Shown piece by piece: positions 8,261 through 16,788 of a DNA stretch of 57,301 bases. The notes beneath the pieces were generated by a model. The model searched no databases. It saw only the letters and a list, made by a program, of their open reading frames with translations, and was not told the DNA's origin. Location: IMG/VR virus record IMGVR_UViG_3300043496_000172, positions 1 through 57,301 of that record. One strand, 5' to 3'. Both the position numbers and the translations under genes were made by a program. The stretch comes from a virus (lineage: Duplodnaviria > Caudoviricetes). Every line of letters starts with the position of its first letter. The first letter of the stretch is position 1.

Positions 8261-8557
8261 CTACCGACGGTAGCGGCCTCGGTTTGTGTGTGGTGGAAGG
8301 GTGTCCCAGATAGGAGTCGGAACAGGTTGCGGCCACAGAACCTGTTCCATCATGTCCATGGCCCGACGGTGCGCCCACCACTGATCCCGAGCAGAGACGT
8401 CGAAGGAGACTTCCAGCGTCTGGTTCGCGGGCTCTTCGACTTCGGGACTGTTGAACCACCAGTGCCGGTCACACCACAGGTACATGGCCTCCAGGATCGA
8501 GCTGGAGGCCAGATCTGAGGCCAACACGGTGAACGTGTAGCGACGGTGGCAGGTCAC
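8261..8557 (-). CDS. Hypothetical protein
   Basis: Last ORF of the minus-strand block; 4-nt overlap with 8554-8895. Confidence 0.65.
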   Translation of the reverse strand: MTCHRRYTFTVLASDLASSSILEAMYLWCDRHWWFNSPEVEEPANQTLEVSFDVSARDQWWAHRRAMDMMEQVLWPQPVPTPIWDTLPPHTNRGRYRR

Positions 8558-8895
8558 TTCGAGTCCAGGTCGACGGGCGCAGACGGGATCAGCATCGACA
8601 GCTGAGCAATCCGCTCGTGGAGCTGCTTGTTGTCTTCCCGTAGCTCAAGCAGCTGCCCGTTGGACAGCTGCTTGATCTCGGTCGAGTCACGTTTCAGGTC
8701 ATTGACCTTCGCCCAGCCAAACGCACCCGCCATCAAAAGGACAACGGGTGCGAGACCGGACATGATGCCTACAACATCCAGGCCAATGGCGGCCAACCAG
8801 ATAACTGTGGTGGCCAGGATGACGGACAGGCCGAGGATAAGGACCACCTGTGGTGGGGTCACATTTTTCATTTCGGCTGCGACCAGTGGAGACAT
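8554..8895 (-). CDS. Two-TM membrane protein, holin-like
   Basis: Two hydrophobic helices followed by a coiled-coil tail. Confidence 0.5.
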   Translation of the reverse strand: MSPLVAAEMKNVTPPQVVLILGLSVILATTVIWLAAIGLDVVGIMSGLAPVVLLMAGAFGWAKVNDLKRDSTEIKQLSNGQLLELREDNKQLHERIAQLSMLIPSAPVDLDSK

Positions 8896-8951
8896 GAAAA
8901 CGTCACACCTTTAGTATGTCAAATACATCCCTCTTGCAGGCAGTATGTCAT

Positions 8952-9266
8952 TTAGCTGGGCAAGTAGCCGATTTTGCGGTGCCGCTCGGCGATCTTCTCC
9001 GCAGTTTCCAGGATGACTTCCTCAGCCTTGAAGCCGAGGCTCTCTATCACCATCAAGGCACACATGACCACGTCGCCCAGTTCCCGGGCTACGTCAGCCT
9101 TGCTGCCGTAGTAGCCCTTCCGAGGCTTACCGCCAGTCATTCCCAGCCAGGCATCAGAGACTTCGCCGACCTCCTCGACCAACATGAGGATCCGATCCGG
9201 AATGTCTACGTTGTTATCACTGAGCCAACGGGCAGTAATCCGGGCCAGTGGATACAGATCGTTCAT
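8952..9266 (-). CDS. MazG-like nucleotide pyrophosphohydrolase
   Basis: LVEEVGEV...ELGDV motifs. Confidence 0.88.
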   Translation of the reverse strand: MNDLYPLARITARWLSDNNVDIPDRILMLVEEVGEVSDAWLGMTGGKPRKGYYGSKADVARELGDVVMCALMVIESLGFKAEEVILETAEKIAERHRKIGYLPS

Positions 9267-9416
9267 ACCGTCCTCTGGTTGCAGTCTCTCTCGTGATTGT
9301 CAGCTCTCAGTTCGAGCCGGTACTGGTCGCTGCCGGAGCATGCGTAGCAGCAGTGTTCGCATTCATACCTGAACCAGCCCTCGGATTCTTCGTAGACGAC
9401 GCCCAGAGTGGTGCCG

Positions 9417-9656
9417 TCAGGCAGATACCTTGCCATCGCCTGCCGTCCGAGCCAGTCGACGCAGCCGGATCAGTTCCTCAACTACGGCATCAATCTGTCG
9501 GTCGTCGTAGCCGTCAGTGAGTCCCTCAAGGACGATGTCTGGCATAGCCAGGAAGTCGAAGTGCGCATAGTGCTCCTCGGTTTCTTCGACCCAGTACGGT
9601 GCCCAGCTACAGTCCTGGTAGCGCTCGCAGCCACATCGACACGGTTCGGTACTCAT
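9417..9656 (-). CDS. Hypothetical protein
   Basis: ATGA overlap with the upstream glycosyltransferase (MSTEPC start). Confidence 0.5.
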   Translation of the reverse strand: MSTEPCRCGCERYQDCSWAPYWVEETEEHYAHFDFLAMPDIVLEGLTDGYDDRQIDAVVEELIRLRRLARTAGDGKVSA

Positions 9657-10267
9657 GCGTCTCCTTTTCCCGGTAGGCCACAACTGTTCTGACCATGCTG
9701 GTGGTATGTCCACGTACGCTCGGCCAGGTGCACCATCTTCAGGTCACGTTCACAGCAGAGCTTCGCGACTCCTGTGATGAATGCCCAGTCCTCGTTACTG
9801 AACGAGGGGCCGGCCGAATCAGGGAAACCAACCTGTAGCGCGATATCAGTGCGTACAAGCACGTTCATGGTCGTGTGATGCGGGTTGCAGGGATTGAAGG
9901 GAAGGCCGAAGTGACCAAGTGGATCTGGTCCATGGAACCAGGAGTAGACATATACGGCGTCTGTAGCTTCTGCTACCGAAATCAGCTTCGCCAGATGGTC
10001 GGGCTGCCATTCATCGTCCGAGTCCAGCCATGCAATCCACTGTGTTTGCACATGGTCGAGGAGCTGTTGCCGTGTCCGACCGGCACCGTGTCTCTGTTTG
10101 TCATTAACGATGATGATTTCTTCGGGTTGCTGAAACTGTGCGTACACACTGTTGAGTGCACGCCCCAGTAGCCCGCCTACCATCCTGGCCGGATGACAGG
10201 CGACTGCTACCGTAATTCCTGGCCGGAGATCCTCCAGCCGGGGATACATCGGCATTGGCTCATTCAA
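9653..10267 (-). CDS. GT2-family glycosyltransferase
   Basis: ALNSVYAQ...IIIVND...WIAWLDSDD (DxD)...EDW. Confidence 0.9.
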   Translation of the reverse strand: MNEPMPMYPRLEDLRPGITVAVACHPARMVGGLLGRALNSVYAQFQQPEEIIIVNDKQRHGAGRTRQQLLDHVQTQWIAWLDSDDEWQPDHLAKLISVAEATDAVYVYSWFHGPDPLGHFGLPFNPCNPHHTTMNVLVRTDIALQVGFPDSAGPSFSNEDWAFITGVAKLCCERDLKMVHLAERTWTYHQHGQNSCGLPGKGDA

Positions 10268-10490
10268 CGTTGCCTCGCACGTTGGCTGCTGCGTAGTGGG
10301 CGTGAGCTGCGGCGATTAGACATCGAGTCTGGGCGATCAGAGCCGTCAAGGTGGTGGAATGAACCCAGCCGTCCTTCTGTATGGCTGCGGTGATTTCCTG
10401 AGTGACAGCATCGGCCTGGACGAGGAGTGCGTCTCCGCGTCGGACCCGCATCTGGCGCCATTCGTTGCTGAAGATCACAGGGTCAGTCAC
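10260..10490 (-). CDS. Hypothetical protein
   Basis: Packed overlapping ORF. Confidence 0.55.
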   Translation of the reverse strand: MTDPVIFSNEWRQMRVRRGDALLVQADAVTQEITAAIQKDGWVHSTTLTALIAQTRCLIAAAHAHYAAANVRGNVE

Positions 10491-10740
10491 GGGCTCGGCC
10501 CCAGACTGCGCCGATACTGTCTTTCATTAGACCCAGGTCGATGACCGAGTTCCAGTATCGGAACGCGGCGACATTCTTGCCATCATCCTTGTAGAAGTAC
10601 AGGTATCCCGTCTCTTCAGCAACGCGGAAATGCTGCGCGATGACGATGGCGTCATCTGCTTTTGCGTCCATTTTTACCTGGAACCTGCGAAGCTCAGCTG
10701 GTTCCGGATATTTGTCCGTGTTCACTTTGTCAGTGTTCAT
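10483..10740 (-). CDS. Hypothetical protein
   Basis: MNTDKV start overlaps upstream stop. Confidence 0.55.
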   Translation of the reverse strand: MNTDKVNTDKYPEPAELRRFQVKMDAKADDAIVIAQHFRVAEETGYLYFYKDDGKNVAAFRYWNSVIDLGLMKDSIGAVWGRARD

Positions 10741-10970
10741 AGACCCTGTCGTCTCCGTTCCTGTTCCTGTTTCAGTGCCTGGATTTCTTTCTGTGCCATG
10801 CAGTAGTCGCAGAGGATGACGCCCCAGGGCAGTAGCCACTGCTTGTGTAACGTTCCTGGCCGGCCACACTTCAGCAGGAGCGCGTCAGTGTCTCGGCGTT
10901 CGGGGTCATCGTTGACGTACGTTCCTTCACATGGACCCGTAACCATGTTCGTGTAGTCGCCACCACTCAA
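10737..10970 (-). CDS. Hypothetical Cys-containing protein
   Basis: Packed ORF with CDYC; start uncertain. Confidence 0.45.
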   Translation of the reverse strand: MSGGDYTNMVTGPCEGTYVNDDPERRDTDALLLKCGRPGTLHKQWLLPWGVILCDYCMAQKEIQALKQEQERRRQGL

Positions 10971-11610
10971 ACCAGGGAACGTTATAGTTCCACTTCAATT
11001 CCGGATGAAGCCAGAAAAGTACCGGAAGTGACAGTTGGTCCTGATGTGACCAGTTGATGCACTCCTGCCACCATTGCTCCGACACGTCGATTACCGTGTC
11101 GGTATGACGTCTAACGTTTGCGCCTGTTGCGATGAGTCCGAGCCCCGGACCGTAGCCTATGGACCGGTAGAAGGCCGCCTGACCGAGGATGGACTCACCG
11201 TCGTAGCGCCATGTGAGTGTGGCGGAGTACTCAGCCTCTGGGTAGATACAACCTCGACTTGGATGGCGCACACAGGCCCACTCGTCCAGTTCGAGTGCCT
11301 GGAGACACCGACCGACGTAGTCATCGACCATTACCTCCATGCTGGCATCAATCCAGAGAGTGACGGAAGCATCTGGGACGGCAAGATGCGGGTGACACTT
11401 CCAGAACTTGTGCGCCAGCATGGGGCTCGTGATCTCCGGCTTACCTCTGAGGGTAGCGATACCGTGGGGCACGTAGACCACCTCCCAGCCCGGAGCGATG
11501 AGGTTGCGCTGATCAGTGAACAGGTAGGCCGCAACCCCAAGCTTCTGCGGTAACGGCTTCACCCAGTCGTAACGGCCGTACAGCGCGGAGTACAGAGCTA
11601 CCTCAGGCAA
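10927..11610 (-). CDS. Glycosyltransferase (DUF616-like)
   Basis: YSALYGRYD, LFTD, LWIDAS, HPSRGCIYPEA, DQLSLP motifs. Confidence 0.85.
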   Translation of the reverse strand: MPEVALYSALYGRYDWVKPLPQKLGVAAYLFTDQRNLIAPGWEVVYVPHGIATLRGKPEITSPMLAHKFWKCHPHLAVPDASVTLWIDASMEVMVDDYVGRCLQALELDEWACVRHPSRGCIYPEAEYSATLTWRYDGESILGQAAFYRSIGYGPGLGLIATGANVRRHTDTVIDVSEQWWQECINWSHQDQLSLPVLFWLHPELKWNYNVPWFEWWRLHEHGYGSM

Positions 11611-12436
11611 GGAGAGCAGTCAACGGCTTGTACCAGTGGATCGCGGTGCGCAACGCATCCCAGTCCATCTCCGGTTTCCAGCCTAAGAGATCCCACCCAT
11701 CACCAGTTGCAACAATCTGCGTATCCGGGACCTCTCCCATTCGCATACGGAAGTGCCGGACACCTCCGGTGGAACCGGTTTCTTTGATGACGAACTCAGC
11801 GATCTCGTTGATGGTGATGGGGATTCCAGTTCCGGCATCGAAAACCTGGTCGTCTGTCCACTCTGTGGCGTCAATCAACATACGGGCAACGTCGTAGACG
11901 TCCACTGCATCGACGGTTTGATTTCCAGATCCCCAAATGGGAATCGGAAGGTTGTTCCAGGCCATGGTGGCGAAGGTGGGAATGAACTTCTGCGGGTGAC
12001 CGGGTCCGTACTTCTGCCCGGGACCGTAGGCGTTGAAGGCTCGGACATGTGACACCCCCACTCCAAAGTTGACGTGCCATGCGGTTGCTAGCCGCATCGC
12101 ACACAGCTTCGTGGCCTGGTAGATGTTGGCCCAGTTGCTGTCCGGCATCGTGATGCCGACATAGTTGGCGTGGTTGTAGCGGCACCAGTCGAGGATGCGG
12201 ACGGTTCCTTTGATGTTCACGTCGATGGCTTCGTCAACCGACTCGAACAGCTCAGAGGTGCCCAACATCCCGGCCAGGTGGATGACCGATTCAGCTCCGT
12301 CGAGCGCACACAGGTTACCCATGATGTCGTGACCATTGGAACGGTCGAACATCATGACAGTGTCACCGTTTTGTTCAGCGACGTGCTTGACGGCGTGGCC
12401 GATGAAGCCACCGCCACCGGTTACGGCAATGTTCAT
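11603..12436 (-). CDS. NAD-dependent epimerase/dehydratase (extended SDR)
   Basis: VTGGGGFIG, HLAG, YQATK (YxxxK), FNAYGPGQ. Confidence 0.93.
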   Translation of the reverse strand: MNIAVTGGGGFIGHAVKHVAEQNGDTVMMFDRSNGHDIMGNLCALDGAESVIHLAGMLGTSELFESVDEAIDVNIKGTVRILDWCRYNHANYVGITMPDSNWANIYQATKLCAMRLATAWHVNFGVGVSHVRAFNAYGPGQKYGPGHPQKFIPTFATMAWNNLPIPIWGSGNQTVDAVDVYDVARMLIDATEWTDDQVFDAGTGIPITINEIAEFVIKETGSTGGVRHFRMRMGEVPDTQIVATGDGWDLLGWKPEMDWDALRTAIHWYKPLTALLA

Positions 12437-13110
12437 CCGATTCCCTTGAATTCCCGTAGCTCCGCGAGGATGTCGTCAGGTTCGTAGGCGTGCTCGCGCG
12501 AGATGATCGACTCGGGTACTGGTGTGTCCCAGTACTTCTTGGCCTCGGCGAAGATTCGTTTCTGATCTACTGGACCACACTCGAACCCGTAGATCACCAG
12601 GGTTCCAGTGGGTTCAGTGTTGACTTCCACGATGCGGAGGTCGGGACAGGTGTCCAGCAGGATCTCCGACACTTTCCACACGTCACCGGCCCAATCACCG
12701 GGGCACATTTCCCGGGTTGCCTCACTGGGATTGCGGGGCAGGATGTCGTCGAAGATGACGACACCGTCGTGGGCGATGTGTTCGGCGATGTTGACGAAGT
12801 CGTTCAGGGCCTGGTCGAAGTGGTGAAGTCCGTCGATGAATCCGAAGTCAATGGCGGTCGGCAACTTGTAATGGTCGGGACTTTTCGGTAGGCCCCGACC
12901 CCGCTCGACCTCCTTGAAGAAGGCATCCGACGTCATCGGGAAGATTCGCTGGTTCTTACTGGCCGAGGTGATCGGTTGCGGGTCCACGCCCCAGGCATGT
13001 TCAGCGGCGAAGGCCAACTGCAAACTGGTGCCGTACTGGACCCCGATCTCCAGGTAGAAGTCAGGGCGCACTACTCGGTGCACCTCGGCCAGGAATGTGT
13101 GCAGGTGCAT
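12433..13110 (-). CDS. Class I SAM-dependent methyltransferase (Methyltransf_24-like)
   Basis: YLEIGVQYGTS, FIDGLH, GVVIFDD, GDVWK. Confidence 0.9.
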   Translation of the reverse strand: MHLHTFLAEVHRVVRPDFYLEIGVQYGTSLQLAFAAEHAWGVDPQPITSASKNQRIFPMTSDAFFKEVERGRGLPKSPDHYKLPTAIDFGFIDGLHHFDQALNDFVNIAEHIAHDGVVIFDDILPRNPSEATREMCPGDWAGDVWKVSEILLDTCPDLRIVEVNTEPTGTLVIYGFECGPVDQKRIFAEAKKYWDTPVPESIISREHAYEPDDILAELREFKGIG

Positions 13111-13118
13111 TTAATCTC

Positions 13119-13766
13119 CTACCAGGGCATAGTGCCGTACAGGTCCTTGAACGCTTGAGCATCATGAGCGATGCGAACGTGAATCTCCGGCGTCACCTGA
13201 CCGTTCGGATACAGGTGCCGTACATGTGCCTGATCGGTCATCGCCATACCGCCAAGCTTACGTGACTCCCAATCAATATAGTCGTCGCTGAAGTACCAGT
13301 ACAGAGACTCGTTAGCACGGAGTTCCAGCTCCCCCCGGAGCATGAAGGCGAACCCTTGCATGCGCAGGTGTAGGGGTACAGGTCCGGGCTCCACCAACAG
13401 GTGTGTTGATGGTCCGGAGCAGGCAGCAGCAGCACCTGTTTCCTCCATGCGAGTCTCAACAGCTTCGAACCAGTTCGGTGACACGATCGCGTCGTCATTG
13501 AGGATGGCCACCCGCCAGGGTTGTCCCCCTGGAGAAGTCGAAGAGATACTCTTCAGCGCTACGTTCCACCAGGCGGAGATGTTCTTCTCTACGATCGTGG
13601 GAAGGTCCTCCTCGTCCATGATGTAGAACGTGTCCTGTGACCGGACCGTGAGGCCGTCGTCTCCGGTGTAGACGACGATGACCTCGTCTACCTGTGGATA
13701 GATCGCATCGAGGCATTCATATAGGCAGCCTCGTCCATTACTCGGGATGATTGCGTAGCGCCGCAA
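13119..13766 (-). CDS. GT-A fold glycosyltransferase
   Basis: AIIPS...WWNVAL...AILNDD...WYFSDD. Confidence 0.8.
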   Translation of the reverse strand: MRRYAIIPSNGRGCLYECLDAIYPQVDEVIVVYTGDDGLTVRSQDTFYIMDEEDLPTIVEKNISAWWNVALKSISSTSPGGQPWRVAILNDDAIVSPNWFEAVETRMEETGAAAACSGPSTHLLVEPGPVPLHLRMQGFAFMLRGELELRANESLYWYFSDDYIDWESRKLGGMAMTDQAHVRHLYPNGQVTPEIHVRIAHDAQAFKDLYGTMPW

Positions 13767-13992
13767 CGGTTCCCTCCAGCCACTGTGGACATTCGAATAG
13801 GTGACTTGTTGCGCACGCTTGGAACGTGGACAGATCCCAGGGACCTTCAGTCCAACCGAAGGACTTGGTGTCCGAGTTCCAGACCCCCACGCCTACTGGC
13901 ACCCCTGTTTCGCACAGGATGCACTGCATGTAGGTAGAGGAGATCACCGTGAAATTCTGGAGCCACGCTCGATTTTTAACGCTATTGTCCAT
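13738..13992 (-). CDS. Hypothetical protein
   Basis: Fills gap between glycosyltransferases; start uncertain. Confidence 0.4.
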   Translation of the reverse strand: MDNSVKNRAWLQNFTVISSTYMQCILCETGVPVGVGVWNSDTKSFGWTEGPWDLSTFQACATSHLFECPQWLEGTVAALRNHPE

Positions 13993-15017
13993 GCTTCTGC
14001 CCATCTCCAGGCGTTCGCCTGGATTGTCTGCTTCTCCATGTACTGGCGGCCCTGTTCGGCTTGTTCCTTGCGGAGGACGTCGTCTGTCAGGAGTCGCTTG
14101 ACCTGGCTGTACCAGTCTTTCGGTGTCTCCGCGAGCAGGCCGCAGCCTGACTCCCGATGGAGTCGACGATACTCCTCCCGGGGGGAGGCAACCCAAGGTA
14201 CTCCAGCAGCCATGTTTTCGATACCTTTTAGCCGGGATTTGGCAGAATTAAAACTTGACGATTCAAGTGGTACGAGACCGACGCTGTACGTCTGGCCGAT
14301 CGTCCGAATCCAGTCAGCCAGGTCCACGGTGCCCGTACAGTGCGGTGTCTCTCGCAGCCGGAGACACTCCTTCACCTTTCGGTCAGGCCCCACAATCCGG
14401 AAGGGGAAACCCTCATCGATCAGCTTCTGGGTCATGTTGCCCATGACCTGGAGATCAGTCGGATGCGACAGAGTAGTACCAGCCCAGCCAAAACCGTCTG
14501 TATCTACCGGTTCACGCACCAACGCGGCTTCTGGGACATAGTTGTCGACGACACTTCCTCGCCCATGCTTCGCGTACACCTTCTGGAGCTGAGCGGTAGA
14601 AGTGGTGACATAGGTGGCGTTACGACAACTGTCGCTGGCGTAGCGCCAGTTGTATCCGCTGGTGCTCCCGGACCGGTACGTGTCGAAAGCGACGTTGCCT
14701 GGCCGGATACACGTCATGTCGTCATCCATGTCTACGACAACGGCGATGCCGTTGCTGCGCATAATGTCGATCATTCCGGGCTGGAGCGGGTACGCCGGTC
14801 GTTGAACCACGACTACGTCGGCATCGTCAGGAACCCGGAGACTGACAATGGTCTGGTCACCGTTAGGTTCGTCTCGAACCTTGGCCTGGAGTCCCGACTT
14901 GGAACCGAACGCCATGATGGCAACATCCACGCCTTGAAGCTGAAGCGCTTGCGCAGCCCAGATAAGGCGGTAATGGCCGCAGCCGTAGTGGTCAGCTGGA
15001 TAAACGTAAACTTTCAC
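13944..15017 (-). CDS. GT-B glycosyltransferase
   Basis: GCGHYRL, VVDMDDD, GWAG..SH, PLESSSFNSAKSRLKGIE..AAGVP. Confidence 0.9.
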   Translation of the reverse strand: MKVYVYPADHYGCGHYRLIWAAQALQLQGVDVAIMAFGSKSGLQAKVRDEPNGDQTIVSLRVPDDADVVVVQRPAYPLQPGMIDIMRSNGIAVVVDMDDDMTCIRPGNVAFDTYRSGSTSGYNWRYASDSCRNATYVTTSTAQLQKVYAKHGRGSVVDNYVPEAALVREPVDTDGFGWAGTTLSHPTDLQVMGNMTQKLIDEGFPFRIVGPDRKVKECLRLRETPHCTGTVDLADWIRTIGQTYSVGLVPLESSSFNSAKSRLKGIENMAAGVPWVASPREEYRRLHRESGCGLLAETPKDWYSQVKRLLTDDVLRKEQAEQGRQYMEKQTIQANAWRWAEAWTIALKIERGSRISR

Positions 15018-15820
15018 GTGATGCCTTCCGCGCCTGGAAAAGCAGTAGCGGGACCTACGTCGGTGACGTCGAGCTGGCGAGGTTCAGTGGGATCAGAGAT
15101 ACCTGTTACCGTGCCGGCGTTGGCCTGCAAGGTAAGGGACATGGCCGTGGTTTTATCCGCTGGATTGGTGACGATGACACTCCCCTCACCATGTACAAAA
15201 GTGAGAAGGGTGGGGAAGTAGAAACCCTGATCCAGGGTCTGTCCAGCAGTTGTGGTTCCCACGTGAATTCGGTAAATGGCCTGCGTGGTAACGCTTGTGC
15301 TTATCGCACCCCGATAATGAGCCCGGTAGGCACGACCAGCCTTGAGCTGCATTGTCGGCGTCGTCATGATGACAGTCTCAGCGCTGATAGCAGCAGTGTT
15401 CGCGGAGGAGCTGACGAAACCCACCACCCCACGCCCCGGGTCACTGGGTTCCAGGCTCGCGGAGACGGGGCTCATCACATAGTTTCCGGATGGTGGAATC
15501 ACCAGGACATAAACCCGGGTGCCGATGAAAAGAACCTGCCCCGACATATTGAATGTGGTGATGAATCCGTTTCCGTTGCTCTGATCTCCGTCGAACAGAA
15601 CCTGCGGGTTTCCGTCACGGTCAAAGGAGCTGATCGTACCCCGAGTAAGGGTCCAGGTCAGTCCCAGACGGCGGGCATTAGCCATGATCGCCTGCGCCCC
15701 GACACCGACCAAGCTGGGGGCCAGGGTGTTCTGATCGGTCACAGCGGATACGCCTTCCGGAGTGAATGATTCATTTCTCCACCCTCGGTTAGGGCCATAC
15801 TCCAGGCCAGCTCCAACCAC
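15014..15820 (-). CDS. Minor tail protein (start may lie further downstream)
   Basis: Follows tail genes; beta-rich. Confidence 0.6.
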   Translation of the reverse strand: MVGAGLEYGPNRGWRNESFTPEGVSAVTDQNTLAPSLVGVGAQAIMANARRLGLTWTLTRGTISSFDRDGNPQVLFDGDQSNGNGFITTFNMSGQVLFIGTRVYVLVIPPSGNYVMSPVSASLEPSDPGRGVVGFVSSSANTAAISAETVIMTTPTMQLKAGRAYRAHYRGAISTSVTTQAIYRIHVGTTTAGQTLDQGFYFPTLLTFVHGEGSVIVTNPADKTTAMSLTLQANAGTVTGISDPTEPRQLDVTDVGPATAFPGAEGIT

Positions 15821-16788
15821 AGGTCCCCTTGCCAGCGGATCACGTTGTACGAGTCGTGACGAGGGTCGGGGGGGGTGCTCAGGATTGTACGTTCGAAGAC
15901 GGTTTGCCGGTTGGCAAGGTTTGCCGCCACCGCTTCGGCCTGAGAAATGGTGGATAGCTGTAGGTTCACAGTTTCCAGGATTTCGAATCCCCGATTGACT
16001 GCCGAGTGGGGGGCTGTAGGCGGGACTGTTGCGACGCCGAAGATGGGTAGATCACTGGTCCCCGAGTTTGATGTGACGATGAATTTGTTGGGGGCAGTGA
16101 GTAGGTCATCTGATTCTGTGATGGCGTCTCGGAGTACCTGCTTGTTGGCATCCCAGTCAAAGTCAGGGATCTTGGTGACGGGGTCGAAGCTTCGGATGAA
16201 TCGCAGTATCCCCAGGTTGTCGAACCAGGGACTGAAATAGTCCCCAGTAACGGCCAGAGATTCTAGAATCTGCCCCCGATGTGTCCCCACACTCCAGGCT
16301 TCGGCGCAGACGAAGGGGGACGCTTCGATTTCAACGGTTATTGGCAGGGGTTCTACGACATCCAGGATTACCGATGTGGTGGATTTCAGGTATCCATTAA
16401 GCCCTGAAGATATCTGTTGATCAACAAGGAACATCTCATCGTTCAGCGTTGATGTTGATATCTTGCCCGATGTGTACACCTGACGCGAGGCATCGGTGAA
16501 CAGGTACCGACCTAGCGGCCACTCTTGATCTCCGATGACCATCGTCACGGACACACGGTCCTGTATCGGGTTGATGGCAGCGGTATCAGTCACCCCCAAG
16601 GCCAGGTTTAGCTGACGTTTGATGGTTCGCGTGGTGTCATGCGTCAATGAGGCCCCCCGCAGGGGAGTGATCTCTCCAAGATTCATACCCACCTGATCGG
16701 TGACATTGAACCGGAAAGTACATTGCCGTTGACCCTGCCATGGAGGCAGGTCCAGCAGTGGATCAAATGCGATCAGCGTGTACGTCAT
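15739..16788 (-). CDS. Minor tail protein (hub/baseplate-like)
   Basis: Position; WPLGRY and PDPRH motifs seen in actinophage tail proteins. Confidence 0.7.
   Translation of the reverse strand: MTYTLIAFDPLLDLPPWQGQRQCTFRFNVTDQVGMNLGEITPLRGASLTHDTTRTIKRQLNLALGVTDTAAINPIQDRVSVTMVIGDQEWPLGRYLFTDASRQVYTSGKISTSTLNDEMFLVDQQISSGLNGYLKSTTSVILDVVEPLPITVEIEASPFVCAEAWSVGTHRGQILESLAVTGDYFSPWFDNLGILRFIRSFDPVTKIPDFDWDANKQVLRDAITESDDLLTAPNKFIVTSNSGTSDLPIFGVATVPPTAPHSAVNRGFEILETVNLQLSTISQAEAVAANLANRQTVFERTILSTPPDPRHDSYNVIRWQGDLWLELAWSMALTEGGEMNHSLRKAYPL

Noticed and set aside
7861-8313. 150-aa Pro-rich ORF
   Set aside because: By-product of the C-rich array 4; overlaps real genes at both ends
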